A DNA stretch of 64,000 bases from Candidatus Omnitrophota bacterium (GTDB lineage: Bacteria > Omnitrophota > Gorgyraeia > Zapsychrales > Fredricksoniimonadaceae), in NCBI GenBank assembly GCA_015233145.1, contig JADFYI010000002.1, positions 44,495 to 108,494 on the forward strand. Direction: 5' to 3'. Numbering within the stretch: position 1 is the stretch's first letter; every line of letters starts with the position of its first letter. Below the pieces are notes generated by a model, which did not search any database, had not been told where the DNA came from, and saw nothing but the letters and a program-made list of their open reading frames with translations. Below are positions 7,041 through 16,140 of this stretch, piece after piece. The position numbers were made by a program, and so were the translations under genes.

Positions 7041-7158
7041 ATTCCCCTCCTTGTTTAAACGTGCGGCCTTGAAAACTTGATTTTATTTTACACTAAATTC
7101 AGAAAAATGGAATGATCTCAAGGAAGATTCGTTGGCTTTTTTCATCTTTTAAGGGCTT

Positions 7159-7674
7159 TTAGCCTTTTTCCCAGGGTGTCAGGCGCGGGATCCAGCGAGA
7201 AACGTGTTTTGTATAATTAATATAATCGTTCCCAAAGCGTTTGACGAGCCCCGGCTCTTCAAAAAATATAAAATAAATGGTATTGATAACCCAGAAGGCC
7301 ATAAACCAAACAAACATCGGCCATGAGCCGGAAAGAATGACTTCCCCTAAAATCATGACAAGGGCCGAAAGGAGCATGGGATTTCTTACATAACAGTAAG
7401 GGCCCTTGACCACAAAACGTTTGGGCGGCGCCCAGGGCGCAGGCGTTCCATCCCCTACCGTAAGAAAGAGCGTCATTGTTCTTATCATAAAAAAAAGGCT
7501 GGCCAGGATCAAAAACAATCCTCCTGCCAACGGAATCAGAGCTAATGGAAAACTCCAACCCCCCAGAAAATTCCAGGAACCTGTGACGTAAAGAATGATC
7601 GCAGGAATATAAATCAGGGCTGTTCCCGGCAAAATCACAATGGCTTTGAGAAGTTCAGTTGTTTTATGAGTCAT
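7159..7674 (-). CDS. isoprenylcysteine carboxyl / phospholipid methyltransferase-family membrane protein
   Basis: Multi-TM protein whose C-terminal motif [21 protein letters not shown] is typical of ICMT/PEMT-family methyltransferases. Confidence 0.7.
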   Translation of the reverse strand: MTHKTTELLKAIVILPGTALIYIPAIILYVTGSWNFLGGWSFPLALIPLAGGLFLILASLFFMIRTMTLFLTVGDGTPAPWAPPKRFVVKGPYCYVRNPMLLSALVMILGEVILSGSWPMFVWFMAFWVINTIYFIFFEEPGLVKRFGNDYINYTKHVSRWIPRLTPWEKG

Positions 7675-8359
7675 GCGTTAACCCGTTAATAACCGCAATC
7701 AAAAGGGTCGTTATCCCCAATAAATAAATTGCGCCCGCGGGTTCTACTTTTATTCCCTGCATAAAAAGCGCTGCCAAATCAGCAAAAGGATTGTTACGCA
7801 TCTGGCCGATCGATGAATGGATCGTATTCTGCAAAAGATCATTGATGAGAAAAATACTGATTAACAAAGGAAATACCAGAAAAAATGAAAACCCTGCCAG
7901 CACGGCTGCGATTTTCTGCTTTTTCATCCATAACCCCAGGCCGATAAAAATCAACAGGCCGTAAGCCACAACGCCAGAAGCCAGGCCTATGGGGATTAAG
8001 ACATAAGCAGGCCTGGATTGAAACACCCGCGTGCCCTCATCGCTTGTCATGATTTCTTGTAAAGAACGAACATCAATGGAAAATTTTCCGTCTCTTATTT
8101 GATGCAGCCCTGATTTTTCAGTACTCACCAGTTGAGAAAATACTCCAGCCCCTGAAAATGATTGTGCGCCCATCATGGGAAACTGAAACCTGGCAAACGG
8201 AAAAAAGAATGACACGCTCGCAATAAAAAGGAAAAGAAAGCTCGCCTGCCTCAAGATGTATTCAACAGAAAATTGGTTAGTCTTAATATCTTTACGGCAC
8301 CAGCGGCACAATTTCGCGTCGTCCTGAATTTCTTCTGCGCAAAAAGGACATTTTTTCAT
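7664..8359 (-). CDS. membrane protein with N-terminal zinc ribbon
   Basis: [23 protein letters not shown] (CxxC...CxxC) is followed by about five hydrophobic helices. The ORF track starts at ATG 8416 inside the ssb 3' end. I prefer ATG 8359, 19 nt after the ssb stop, but the start is uncertain. Confidence 0.55.
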   Translation of the reverse strand: MKKCPFCAEEIQDDAKLCRWCRKDIKTNQFSVEYILRQASFLFLFIASVSFFFPFARFQFPMMGAQSFSGAGVFSQLVSTEKSGLHQIRDGKFSIDVRSLQEIMTSDEGTRVFQSRPAYVLIPIGLASGVVAYGLLIFIGLGLWMKKQKIAAVLAGFSFFLVFPLLISIFLINDLLQNTIHSSIGQMRNNPFADLAALFMQGIKVEPAGAIYLLGITTLLIAVINGLTHDS

Positions 8360-8378
8360 AGGCTGTTCTTTATAAGAT

Positions 8379-8795
8379 TTATTCTTCCCAGGCAATATCC
8401 TGCGGAGAAACCGCATCTAACGCGGCCTGGGCAGGATCGGCATCAGAACTCTTTGAAGCATTGCCACTATCGGTCTTTCTGGGCATAAAATGGATATTGT
8501 TTGCTGAAATCCTGACACGGCTCTGGGTTTTGCCGTCTTTTTCCCAACGGTCCTGCTTGAGGCGGCCTTCCACAATAATGCCGCTTCCTTTTTTAAGATA
8601 TTTGGCGCAGTTCTCGGCAATGACGCCCCAAACCTCAACGTCAAAATACGACACTTCTGTCACTTTCTCACCGTTTTTGGTATACACGCGGTTATTGGCA
8701 ATGGAAAGGCTGCAAACTGACTTTCCCGATGGTATTGCCTTTAACTCCGGATCTCTTGTCAAATTTCCCATGATGTTAACACTATTTAAGCTCAT
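8379..8795 (-). CDS. ssb: single-stranded DNA-binding protein
   Basis: OB-fold motifs [56 protein letters not shown]. Low-complexity linker and unusual tip ...[17 protein letters not shown] upstream. Confidence 0.9.
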   Translation of the reverse strand: MSLNSVNIMGNLTRDPELKAIPSGKSVCSLSIANNRVYTKNGEKVTEVSYFDVEVWGVIAENCAKYLKKGSGIIVEGRLKQDRWEKDGKTQSRVRISANNIHFMPRKTDSGNASKSSDADPAQAALDAVSPQDIAWEE

Positions 8796-8816
8796 TGTTA
8801 TCCTTTCGTTTTAGAT

Positions 8817-8978
8817 TCAAGCATTTTCGACTTTCCAGTCACAATTAGGACACCGCACAGCATTTTCGCCGGCAGGCTTGGCTTCATCCATACGATACCA
8901 TAATCCGCAATGGGGGCACTCACGACGGTTTAAGAGGTCGTCACCGCCAGAAAAGTTATTATTTTGAGAAGTAGTCAT
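8817..8978 (-). CDS. 53-aa zinc-ribbon protein (not in ORF track)
   Basis: Hand translation gives MTTSQNNNFSGGDDLLNRRECPHCGLWYRMDEAKPAGENAVRCPNCDWKVENA (CPHC...CPNC). It starts 16 nt after the cupin stop and ends 21 nt before the ssb start. There is no clear SD, so translational coupling is assumed. Confidence 0.45.
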   Translation of the reverse strand: MTTSQNNNFSGGDDLLNRRECPHCGLWYRMDEAKPAGENAVRCPNCDWKVENA

Positions 8979-8994
8979 ATGACACCGCAATATA

Positions 8995-9273
8995 TTACTG
9001 CCCGAATTGATAATGTTTTTTTACAGCCTTTTTAACCTGCCAGGTGCAGCTCAGGCCCTGGGGAAATGTCACAAAGTCGCCCTTGCCAAAGGACACTGTT
9101 TCATAGGGGGTCTTCACTGTGACTTCACCTTCCAGGAAATAACACATTTCTTGCTCATCATACTGCCAGTCAAAGGTGGAAATTTCCTTGGTCCAAACAG
9201 GCCAGGAAAAAACATTTAAATCTTTCAATTTTTCTTGCGTTGGTTTCTCAACAAGAATTTTTAAATTCTTCAT
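8995..9273 (-). CDS. cupin-fold protein (Cupin_3 / DUF861-like)
   Basis: 92 aa. WPVWTKEISTFDWQYDEQEMCYFLEGEVTV...GDFVTFPQGLSCTWQV matches the small EutQ/DUF861 cupin pattern. Confidence 0.75.
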   Translation of the reverse strand: MKNLKILVEKPTQEKLKDLNVFSWPVWTKEISTFDWQYDEQEMCYFLEGEVTVKTPYETVSFGKGDFVTFPQGLSCTWQVKKAVKKHYQFGQ

Positions 9274-9295
9274 ACAATTCCCCTCTTTTAAGAAA

Positions 9296-9499
9296 TTACT
9301 TCTTCAAACAGCCGCAACATGCAACTTTTAGCATCCAAACCCCCAGCGCGAGCGAAATGACTGCCGCAATAACGCTTGCCTTCAAAGGGATATACGTGTG
9401 CCCGATTGTGACATGCACCATCATGATGACACGAAGCGCATGCAGGATTCCGATCAAAACAAAAATGACTCCCCCGACTTTTAAAGCAAGTTTTTCCAT
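9296..9499 (-). CDS. small two-helix membrane protein with CCGC tail
   Basis: The start is trimmed from the TTG at 9517 to ATG 9499, preceded by GAGGAGGAGAGCG. The product MEKLALKVGGVIFVLIGILHAL...ends LKVACCGCLKK. Confidence 0.5.
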   Translation of the reverse strand: MEKLALKVGGVIFVLIGILHALRVIMMVHVTIGHTYIPLKASVIAAVISLALGVWMLKVACCGCLKK

Positions 9500-9532
9500 C
9501 GCTCTCCTCCTCTTCAATAAAAGAATTATTTC

Positions 9533-12052
9533 TTAAAATTTAACAACCTTGTAGAAAATACTTTTTGCAACCTCAGCCGTGACGATATAAAGGGCAATGA
9601 TCCCTCCGAGAATAACAAAAAACAATGGCGACAACCGGGTAAAACCCAACAAACCAGCCAAGGGCGTAAAGGGAAGCGCCATCGTGACGCAGACAATGGA
9701 TAATGTTGCTATCAATAAATATTTTCCCGGCCTGCTTTGAAAAAACGGCCGGGTTGTCCGAATAACAAGTACGATCAAAGCCGCTGAAATAACTGATTCT
9801 AAAAACCAACCCGTCCTGAATTGATCCTGAGTCGCATGTAAGAAAAATATGAGTACGCCAAAGGTGAGATAATCAAAAACAGAGCTGATAATGCCGAATA
9901 CGAGCATAAACTTCATGATAAATTTGATGTTCCATCGCCGAGGCCTGTCAACACTCTGGGCATCCACATTATCGGTCGCAATCGTCATCTCCGGAAAGTC
10001 GGTCATAAAGTTTGTTAATAAAACCTGTTTCGGCAATAACGGCAGAAAAGGCAAAAATAACGAAGCTCCGGCCATGCTGAACATGTTTCCAAAATTGGCA
10101 CTCGTGGCCATAAAAACATATTTGTGGGTATTGGCAAAGGTGACGCGCCCTTCCTTCACCCCCTGGACAAGGACATTGAGGTCGTTTTCAAGTAATACAA
10201 TTTCTGCGGCTTCTTTGGCAACGTCCACAGCGCTATTCACGGAAATCCCCACATCTGCGGCATGAAGGGCTGAGGCATCATTAATCCCATCGCCCATATA
10301 ACCAACCACATGCCCTGCTTTTTTAAGGGCAATGATAATGCGTTCCTTCTGGTTAGGTTCAATCTCAGAAAAAATATCCACTGAGGCAGCCTGATGGAGC
10401 AATGCCTCATCGCTCATGTGACGCAAATCAGCTCCACTGAGCACACAAGGAGCCGCCAGGCCAATCTCCCGGCCAATGGTGGCTGCCACGGCATGATTGT
10501 CACCGGTAATAACTTTTAAAGACACACCTAACTGGCGCAGTGACGCAATCGTTTCTTTGATATTGGGCTTTAAAGGATCTTCGAAAACAAGGAGCCCTGA
10601 AAAAATCATGCCTGATTCATCTGTTTTATTTATTTTGTCAGTCGAGACTTTTTTATAAGCAACACCCAGAACACGAAAACCATCCTTGCTGAATTCATCC
10701 AAGCGCTTCTGAATTTGATCCTTGCTTGCCGCGATATCTGATATTTTTCCATCCCCCATGTCAACCGACGAGCAGGAATCCATAACATTGGATAAGGCAC
10801 CTTTCATAACCATGAGATGCTCATCGGCCTTGGAGACAAGAATGCTCAGTTTCTTACGGGTAAAATCATAAGGAATTTCATCCGATTTTTGATAACCCGA
10901 CAGGTCAATATGCCGAAAAGCCCGGATGGACTCATCAATCGGATTATTAAAGCCTGTTTCATAATAAGCATTCAAATAGGCGTAAAAAAGGACTTTGTCG
11001 TCGGGCTTCCCTGTCGTGTCGAGCGCAGAGCGCAGTGTGAGCGTTCCTTGCGTCAGCGTCCCGGTTTTATCGGAACACAAGACGTCCATACTGCCAAAAT
11101 TTTCAATAGCTGTCAGGCGTTTAACAATGACTTTCTGGGCAGCCATGCGTTTGGCCCCCTGGGCCAGGTTGACGCTGATAATGGCAGGCAGCAATTGCGG
11201 CGTCAAACCCACAGCAAGCGCCAGAGAAAAAAGAAATGTATCCAAAATCGGCCGGGCCAAATAAACATTAATCGCAAAAATCACGATAACCAAAATCAAG
11301 GTCACTTCCATTAAAAAATAGCCGAACTGCTTGATGCCATGTTCAAATTCATTTTCCAAAGGCTTTAACTTCAGGCGTTGTGACACTTCTCCAAATTTTG
11401 TAGCCTTTCCCGTGGCCACAACAACAGCCTTGCCGCTGCCGCTCACCACATGAGTTCCCATCCATAAAACATTGGTTCTGGCAGATAAAACAGTGTCTTC
11501 CGGTAAAAGAGCGGCTGTTTTTTCAGCCGGATAAGTTTCTCCTGTCAGGGCGGCTTCATCCACAAACAGGTCTCTGGATTCCAGGATCCGGCAATCGGCC
11601 GGGATAACATCCCCGGCGTTTAAAATAACAATATCTCCCGGCACTACTTTTTCGATAAAAATTTCTATCGGCTGACCATCCCTCTGAACCTGCGCCTTTA
11701 TTTTTACGATAGAAAGCAACTTCTCAACAGCTCCTTCAGCACTCGCCTCCTGCAAAAAACCTAAAATGCCGCTGATTAACACAATGGTAAGGATGATGAA
11801 AGCATTGGTTTGATCATGCACCACAAAAGACAACCCGACTGCAGCCAAAAGGATCAGCGTGAGAGGATTTTTAAATTGGGCAATAAAAAGTGTTGCCGCA
11901 TTATTTTGCTTTTTAGGCTTTAAAAGATTACCCCCGTAACGCAGGGCACGCGCCGTTGCTTCCTCAGCTTTCAAACCCTCAACCCCTGATTCAAGCTGAG
12001 CCAAAAGCTTGTCTAAAGGAACGCTCCAAAAATTTAAATCAGCGTGATTCAT
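9533..12052 (-). CDS. mgtA: P-type ATPase, probably magnesium-importing (MgtA type)
   Basis: Motifs CSDKTGTLT, TGDN and GDGINDA. The 839-aa length and N-terminal FIAQFKNPLTLILL segment resemble type IIIB MgtA. The start overlaps the ppk2 stop by 4 nt. Substrate is inferred. Confidence 0.8.
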   Translation of the reverse strand: MNHADLNFWSVPLDKLLAQLESGVEGLKAEEATARALRYGGNLLKPKKQNNAATLFIAQFKNPLTLILLAAVGLSFVVHDQTNAFIILTIVLISGILGFLQEASAEGAVEKLLSIVKIKAQVQRDGQPIEIFIEKVVPGDIVILNAGDVIPADCRILESRDLFVDEAALTGETYPAEKTAALLPEDTVLSARTNVLWMGTHVVSGSGKAVVVATGKATKFGEVSQRLKLKPLENEFEHGIKQFGYFLMEVTLILVIVIFAINVYLARPILDTFLFSLALAVGLTPQLLPAIISVNLAQGAKRMAAQKVIVKRLTAIENFGSMDVLCSDKTGTLTQGTLTLRSALDTTGKPDDKVLFYAYLNAYYETGFNNPIDESIRAFRHIDLSGYQKSDEIPYDFTRKKLSILVSKADEHLMVMKGALSNVMDSCSSVDMGDGKISDIAASKDQIQKRLDEFSKDGFRVLGVAYKKVSTDKINKTDESGMIFSGLLVFEDPLKPNIKETIASLRQLGVSLKVITGDNHAVAATIGREIGLAAPCVLSGADLRHMSDEALLHQAASVDIFSEIEPNQKERIIIALKKAGHVVGYMGDGINDASALHAADVGISVNSAVDVAKEAAEIVLLENDLNVLVQGVKEGRVTFANTHKYVFMATSANFGNMFSMAGASLFLPFLPLLPKQVLLTNFMTDFPEMTIATDNVDAQSVDRPRRWNIKFIMKFMLVFGIISSVFDYLTFGVLIFFLHATQDQFRTGWFLESVISAALIVLVIRTTRPFFQSRPGKYLLIATLSIVCVTMALPFTPLAGLLGFTRLSPLFFVILGGIIALYIVTAEVAKSIFYKVVKF

Positions 12053-12891
12053 TGAATAACAACCTTTTTAAGATTTTGTTTTTGAACGGGATACTTCATG
12101 GGAAGTTTTTGAAGCTGATTGACAATAATGGCCAGAACCAAAAGGTTCCGGTACCATTTCCGGTTCGACGGAATAATATACCAGGGCGCCCATGACGCGT
12201 TGGTATTCCCCAGGGCATCCTCGTAGGCATTCATGTATTTAGGCCAAAGTTTCCGTTCCGCCAGGTCGTTAGCGCTGAATTTCCAGTTTTTATGCGGGTC
12301 TTTAATGCGCGCTTCCAGGCGCTCTTTTTGTTCTTTTTTGGAAATATGAAGAAAAAATTTAAGAATCAAGGTTCCTTCTGCGGCCAGCATCTCTTCAAAC
12401 TCTCTGATTTCGCGAAAACGCCTTTTCCAAACATCATGAGAGATCATTTTGTGAACCCTTGTAATCAACACATCTTCATAATGGCTTCGGTTAAAAATAA
12501 CAACTTCCCCTTTGGCGGGAACCTTCTGATGCACGCGCCAGAGAAAATCATGGTCAAGCTCTTCCTGGGAAGGGGCTTTAAAAGAAGCCACCTTGACACC
12601 TTCGGGGTTTACTCCTTTAAAAACATGCTGAATAACACCGTCTTTACCCGCCGTGTCCATGGCCTGCACAACAATAAGCACCTTGCGTTTATGTTCTGCA
12701 TAAAGCAGGCCCTGCAGATCCCAGAGTTCTTTATGAAGTTTCAAAGAAAATCCGGCCTCTTCTTCCTTGGTAATACCGAGAATGCTTTTACCATCAGGAT
12801 CCCATTCTGCAAGGTCTATCCCGGAATCTTTCCTGACCAGATACTTTTTATCAGCAGTTTCTTTAAACGCCTTGACTGTTATTCGTTCCAT
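12049..12891 (-). CDS. ppk2: polyphosphate kinase 2 family protein
   Basis: VLIVVQAMDTAGKDGVIQHVF (PPK2 Walker A), FNRSHYEDVL and WYIIPSNRKW motifs. 280 aa, single-domain PPK2 size. Confidence 0.85.
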   Translation of the reverse strand: MERITVKAFKETADKKYLVRKDSGIDLAEWDPDGKSILGITKEEEAGFSLKLHKELWDLQGLLYAEHKRKVLIVVQAMDTAGKDGVIQHVFKGVNPEGVKVASFKAPSQEELDHDFLWRVHQKVPAKGEVVIFNRSHYEDVLITRVHKMISHDVWKRRFREIREFEEMLAAEGTLILKFFLHISKKEQKERLEARIKDPHKNWKFSANDLAERKLWPKYMNAYEDALGNTNASWAPWYIIPSNRKWYRNLLVLAIIVNQLQKLPMKYPVQKQNLKKVVIQ

Positions 12892-12912
12892 GACTTTCCC
12901 TTCATCAAATAG

Positions 12913-13173
12913 TTAATCGCGAAAAATAAAAAGTGCGGCAGTGAGCCCCAGGCCAATGAGCCAGGTGGCTATGGGATTTGAAACAAAAAAAGGATAAACC
13001 ATGAGCGTAATGCTGATGATAAGCGCTTTAGGCTCTTTTGTTTTTCGTGCCCGCATAAAGGCTGAAAATCCAATCAAACCAAAAACCATGCCGGCAATCA
13101 TGGCCGGGATATTAAATGAGTCTTGACTCAGGCCTAAACCTGACACAACAGAATTTATATCTTCCGTGGGCAT
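12913..13173 (-). CDS. hypothetical small membrane protein
   Basis: 86-aa ORF with three hydrophobic segments, tightly packed in the operon. No family recognised. Confidence 0.45.
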   Translation of the reverse strand: MPTEDINSVVSGLGLSQDSFNIPAMIAGMVFGLIGFSAFMRARKTKEPKALIISITLMVYPFFVSNPIATWLIGLGLTAALFIFRD

Positions 13174-13191
13174 GGCAAACGACTTTCCTTT

Positions 13192-13470
13192 TTATTCTTT
13201 ATCTTTTCCCCAACGCCACTTTAACCCGCCTTCGACCTTACTTTGAAAAACATAACAAAAAAGAATGGAAAGGACAAGGATCTGAATAGAAAATGTCACA
13301 ACTGCGTCCAGCGGCAGCATGGTCCTTCTTGGAGTTAGAATACCGTCCATAAAAGCACAAACTCCGGTTAAAAAAAGCAGCACTAAAATGGCCAGCCAGC
13401 CTTGCCAGGTGATTGGCAGGCCGATTCCCCAGCCACAAGATTTTGGCTTAAACCAGTATTTTTCCATCAA
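13192..13470 (-). CDS. hypothetical small membrane protein
   Basis: 92-aa ORF. N-terminal YWFKPKSCGWGIGLPITWQGW motif followed by two TM helices. No family named. Confidence 0.45.
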   Translation of the reverse strand: MMEKYWFKPKSCGWGIGLPITWQGWLAILVLLFLTGVCAFMDGILTPRRTMLPLDAVVTFSIQILVLSILFCYVFQSKVEGGLKWRWGKDKE

Positions 13471-13489
13471 GCGCCTCCTTTATTTCTTT

Positions 13490-16051
13490 TCAACCCTTCC
13501 CTGAAAGAAGCGGCAATAAAACCGTAAATGTCGTGCCTTTTCCGGGTTGGGAAGAAACTCTTATTTCTCCACCATGCTTTTTCACAAGTTCATAGCTGAT
13601 ACTAAGCCCCAGCCCGGTTCCCTTTCCTGCCGGCTTGGTCGTAAAAAACGGATCAAAAATCTTTTTTAAATTTTCCTCGGGAATCCCGCACCCTGAATCA
13701 GTAACCTCAATATAAACATACCCATCCTTGTCATAGGTCCTGACCCTGATCATGCCTTTGTCAGCAATGGCCTGCGCTGCATTGACCAGAAGGTTTAAAA
13801 AAACCTGCCCCATCTTCTGGGCATTGCAGCACACCTGCGGCGTATTCCCGTAGTCTTTTCGCAGATCAATCCTGTACTTGAAATCATTATAGGCAATGCC
13901 AAGGGCAATTTCCAAAACATCTTCAATCTTGACCAATTCTTCCGTCCACCTGGTATCCTCATGCGAAAAAGTTCTCAAGTCTGAAACAATTTTCTCAATA
14001 CGGCTCATGCCATCCCGCGACTCCCGGAGCAATGTCTCACTATCACTAACAATACTTTTAAAATGAACGGATTTTTCAAGCTCCTTGATCCGGGCCATCA
14101 CCGCATCCGACTCATCCCGGGCCCCTTTTTCCAAAGCCGCTTTCAGCTCGTCTGTTAACGCAAACATTTTTAAATATTTTTTAATATAATTTTCAAGCAT
14201 TTCAAGATTGCTGGACACAAAACCTGCGGGATTATTGATCTCATGGGCCACCCCCGCCGCCAGCTGGCCGATAGAAGCCATTTTTTCCGATTGAACAAGC
14301 CTGTCCTGGGCATTTTGCAGCTCTTCATAAGCCTTCATCAACTGCCCTTGAACTGATTTTTGTTCCGTCATATCTCTGATAATGCCAACGATCTGGGCGT
14401 TACCATTATTATCCGCATAGAGAGCCTTTTTAGTCACAATGGTCATGGTATGGCCCGCGGCATCTGTAAAGGATTCTTCATTCACATTTTCTTTTCCGCT
14501 AAGGAAAACCTCCTCATCTTTTTTCCAGAAAACATCAGCCTCTGCCTTGGGGAAGAAATCATAATCCGACTTTCCCATGATCTCTTCGGGCTTTCGCCTC
14601 ATAAAGTCACAAAAAGCCTTGTTGAACAAAACCCAGCGATGCTCGCGGTCTTTAACAAATATGGGGTCAGCGACTGAGTCGATGATCCTGGACAAATATT
14701 CCTTTGAGGCCTGTAAAGCTTCCTGCGCAAGCTTCTGATCGGTAATATCCCTGGCAATGCCCACAATCCCTATCATTTCTCCGCGGTCGTTGCGAATAGG
14801 GGTTTTGATTGTTTCTGTCCAGCGGGACATCCCTTCTTTGCCGGCCAAAGGCTCAACAATGACTTTTTGATGGCCGCAGGCCAGGACATCCTGATCATCA
14901 TTGATAAATTTACTGGCCTGGTCCTGGGGCCAGATATCAAAATCCGTTTTCCCCGCGATATCATCCGTGGACACTTTGCAAAGAAGAGAAAAGGGCTTGT
15001 TAATGGCAATATATCTGCCATGGTTATCCTTGAGCCATGCCAGGTCAGGAATATTATCCAAAAGAGCCCTTCTCTGATTGTCCGAATGGCGGACTGCCTC
15101 TTCCATAAATTCTTTGATCTTGTCGGATGTTTTGTGCCTCAAGTCTGAACGGTTGAGCAAGACCGAAAGAAAATAAATATAAACACTCATGACAGAAAGG
15201 TTGGCTATCGCCACCAGCGACACGCCAAATTCATTGCTGAACAGCTGCATTTTTTGGGAGTATATTTTAAAAAATCCAATAAAAATCGGGGCTGTCATTG
15301 CAACAGGCAAAAAACGGCGCAATATCATACCGCCTGTAAGGTCAGCGGTGACATGGGCCATTAGTCCGCTATCAGCCCGGCAAAATAAAATCCCTAATGT
15401 CACCAATAAAAATAACAATGTGGTATGAAGGGCCATGGCCGTACTGAAATGGTGTCCGATATAAAGAGGAGGCGCGCCGTAACAATAGCCAACGAGAGAC
15501 AAAAGCGCAATAAACCCCACAGCCAGGGCCAATATCTGCAAAAAATAAGAAAATTTCGTTTTCCCGGATCTTAAGAATAACAGCGCTGTGCCGATCAAAA
15601 TAAAATTGATCGATGTATTGAAGGCCATCCTGCCCAGGTAAGGCGTTAAAACAGCGCCGGCATGCTCTTGAAACAATGCCTGGTCAATGCCCAGGTTACA
15701 CTGAAAGGCATATTCACAAAATGTGCCAAGGCTGATTAATAAAAGCGGCAAGACACACGATAGTGCCGTGATACGCGCAAATCTCTTGTCAACCCGCTTG
15801 GCTTGAAGGCTCCACAAGGCCCCGGCGATCAAGATAAAACAGACCGCTGTATTGGCCTTCATGGTCACCAGGCCAGGAAAAACACTTTTTAAAGCCGGAA
15901 CATCCCATGCCCATCCCCCAAGGACTGCGCAGCCAGTAAAAAATGTAAGAACACTTATAACTTCTGACGCTGATTGAGCAAGGGCAACGCACGGGCCGAC
16001 TGGCAGCGCTTCTGTTATGGCTTGTTGAGTCCCAGTGTCTTTTTTTTCCAT
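13490..16051 (-). CDS. sensor histidine kinase (multi-TM N-terminal domain, two PAS domains, HisKA-like and HATPase_c)
   Basis: About 8 N-terminal TM helices. Two PAS-like segments ([10 protein letters not shown]...; [13 protein letters not shown]...). H-box [12 protein letters not shown]-box [11 protein letters not shown]-boxes DSGCGIP and GTGLGLS. No adjacent cognate regulator. Confidence 0.9.
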   Translation of the reverse strand: MEKKDTGTQQAITEALPVGPCVALAQSASEVISVLTFFTGCAVLGGWAWDVPALKSVFPGLVTMKANTAVCFILIAGALWSLQAKRVDKRFARITALSCVLPLLLISLGTFCEYAFQCNLGIDQALFQEHAGAVLTPYLGRMAFNTSINFILIGTALLFLRSGKTKFSYFLQILALAVGFIALLSLVGYCYGAPPLYIGHHFSTAMALHTTLLFLLVTLGILFCRADSGLMAHVTADLTGGMILRRFLPVAMTAPIFIGFFKIYSQKMQLFSNEFGVSLVAIANLSVMSVYIYFLSVLLNRSDLRHKTSDKIKEFMEEAVRHSDNQRRALLDNIPDLAWLKDNHGRYIAINKPFSLLCKVSTDDIAGKTDFDIWPQDQASKFINDDQDVLACGHQKVIVEPLAGKEGMSRWTETIKTPIRNDRGEMIGIVGIARDITDQKLAQEALQASKEYLSRIIDSVADPIFVKDREHRWVLFNKAFCDFMRRKPEEIMGKSDYDFFPKAEADVFWKKDEEVFLSGKENVNEESFTDAAGHTMTIVTKKALYADNNGNAQIVGIIRDMTEQKSVQGQLMKAYEELQNAQDRLVQSEKMASIGQLAAGVAHEINNPAGFVSSNLEMLENYIKKYLKMFALTDELKAALEKGARDESDAVMARIKELEKSVHFKSIVSDSETLLRESRDGMSRIEKIVSDLRTFSHEDTRWTEELVKIEDVLEIALGIAYNDFKYRIDLRKDYGNTPQVCCNAQKMGQVFLNLLVNAAQAIADKGMIRVRTYDKDGYVYIEVTDSGCGIPEENLKKIFDPFFTTKPAGKGTGLGLSISYELVKKHGGEIRVSSQPGKGTTFTVLLPLLSGKG

Positions 16052-16140
16052 AATCCTTCCTCTTAAAGATAATGCCTGGAGGGGTAAAAAAGCTTAATTG
16101 ACTTCTTTTATCATAACCGCCATTCTCAAAAATAAACGTT

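Noticed and set aside
12292-12912. 206-aa ORF antisense to ppk2. The 10817..11314, 22706..23233, 48350..48982 and 60220..60915 ORFs are similarly antisense to mgtA, aroC, xseA and pntAA.
   Set aside because: All lie entirely inside strongly supported genes on the opposite strand. Their sequences are low-complexity or unrecognisable, with no SD-supported starts. These are typical shadow ORFs.
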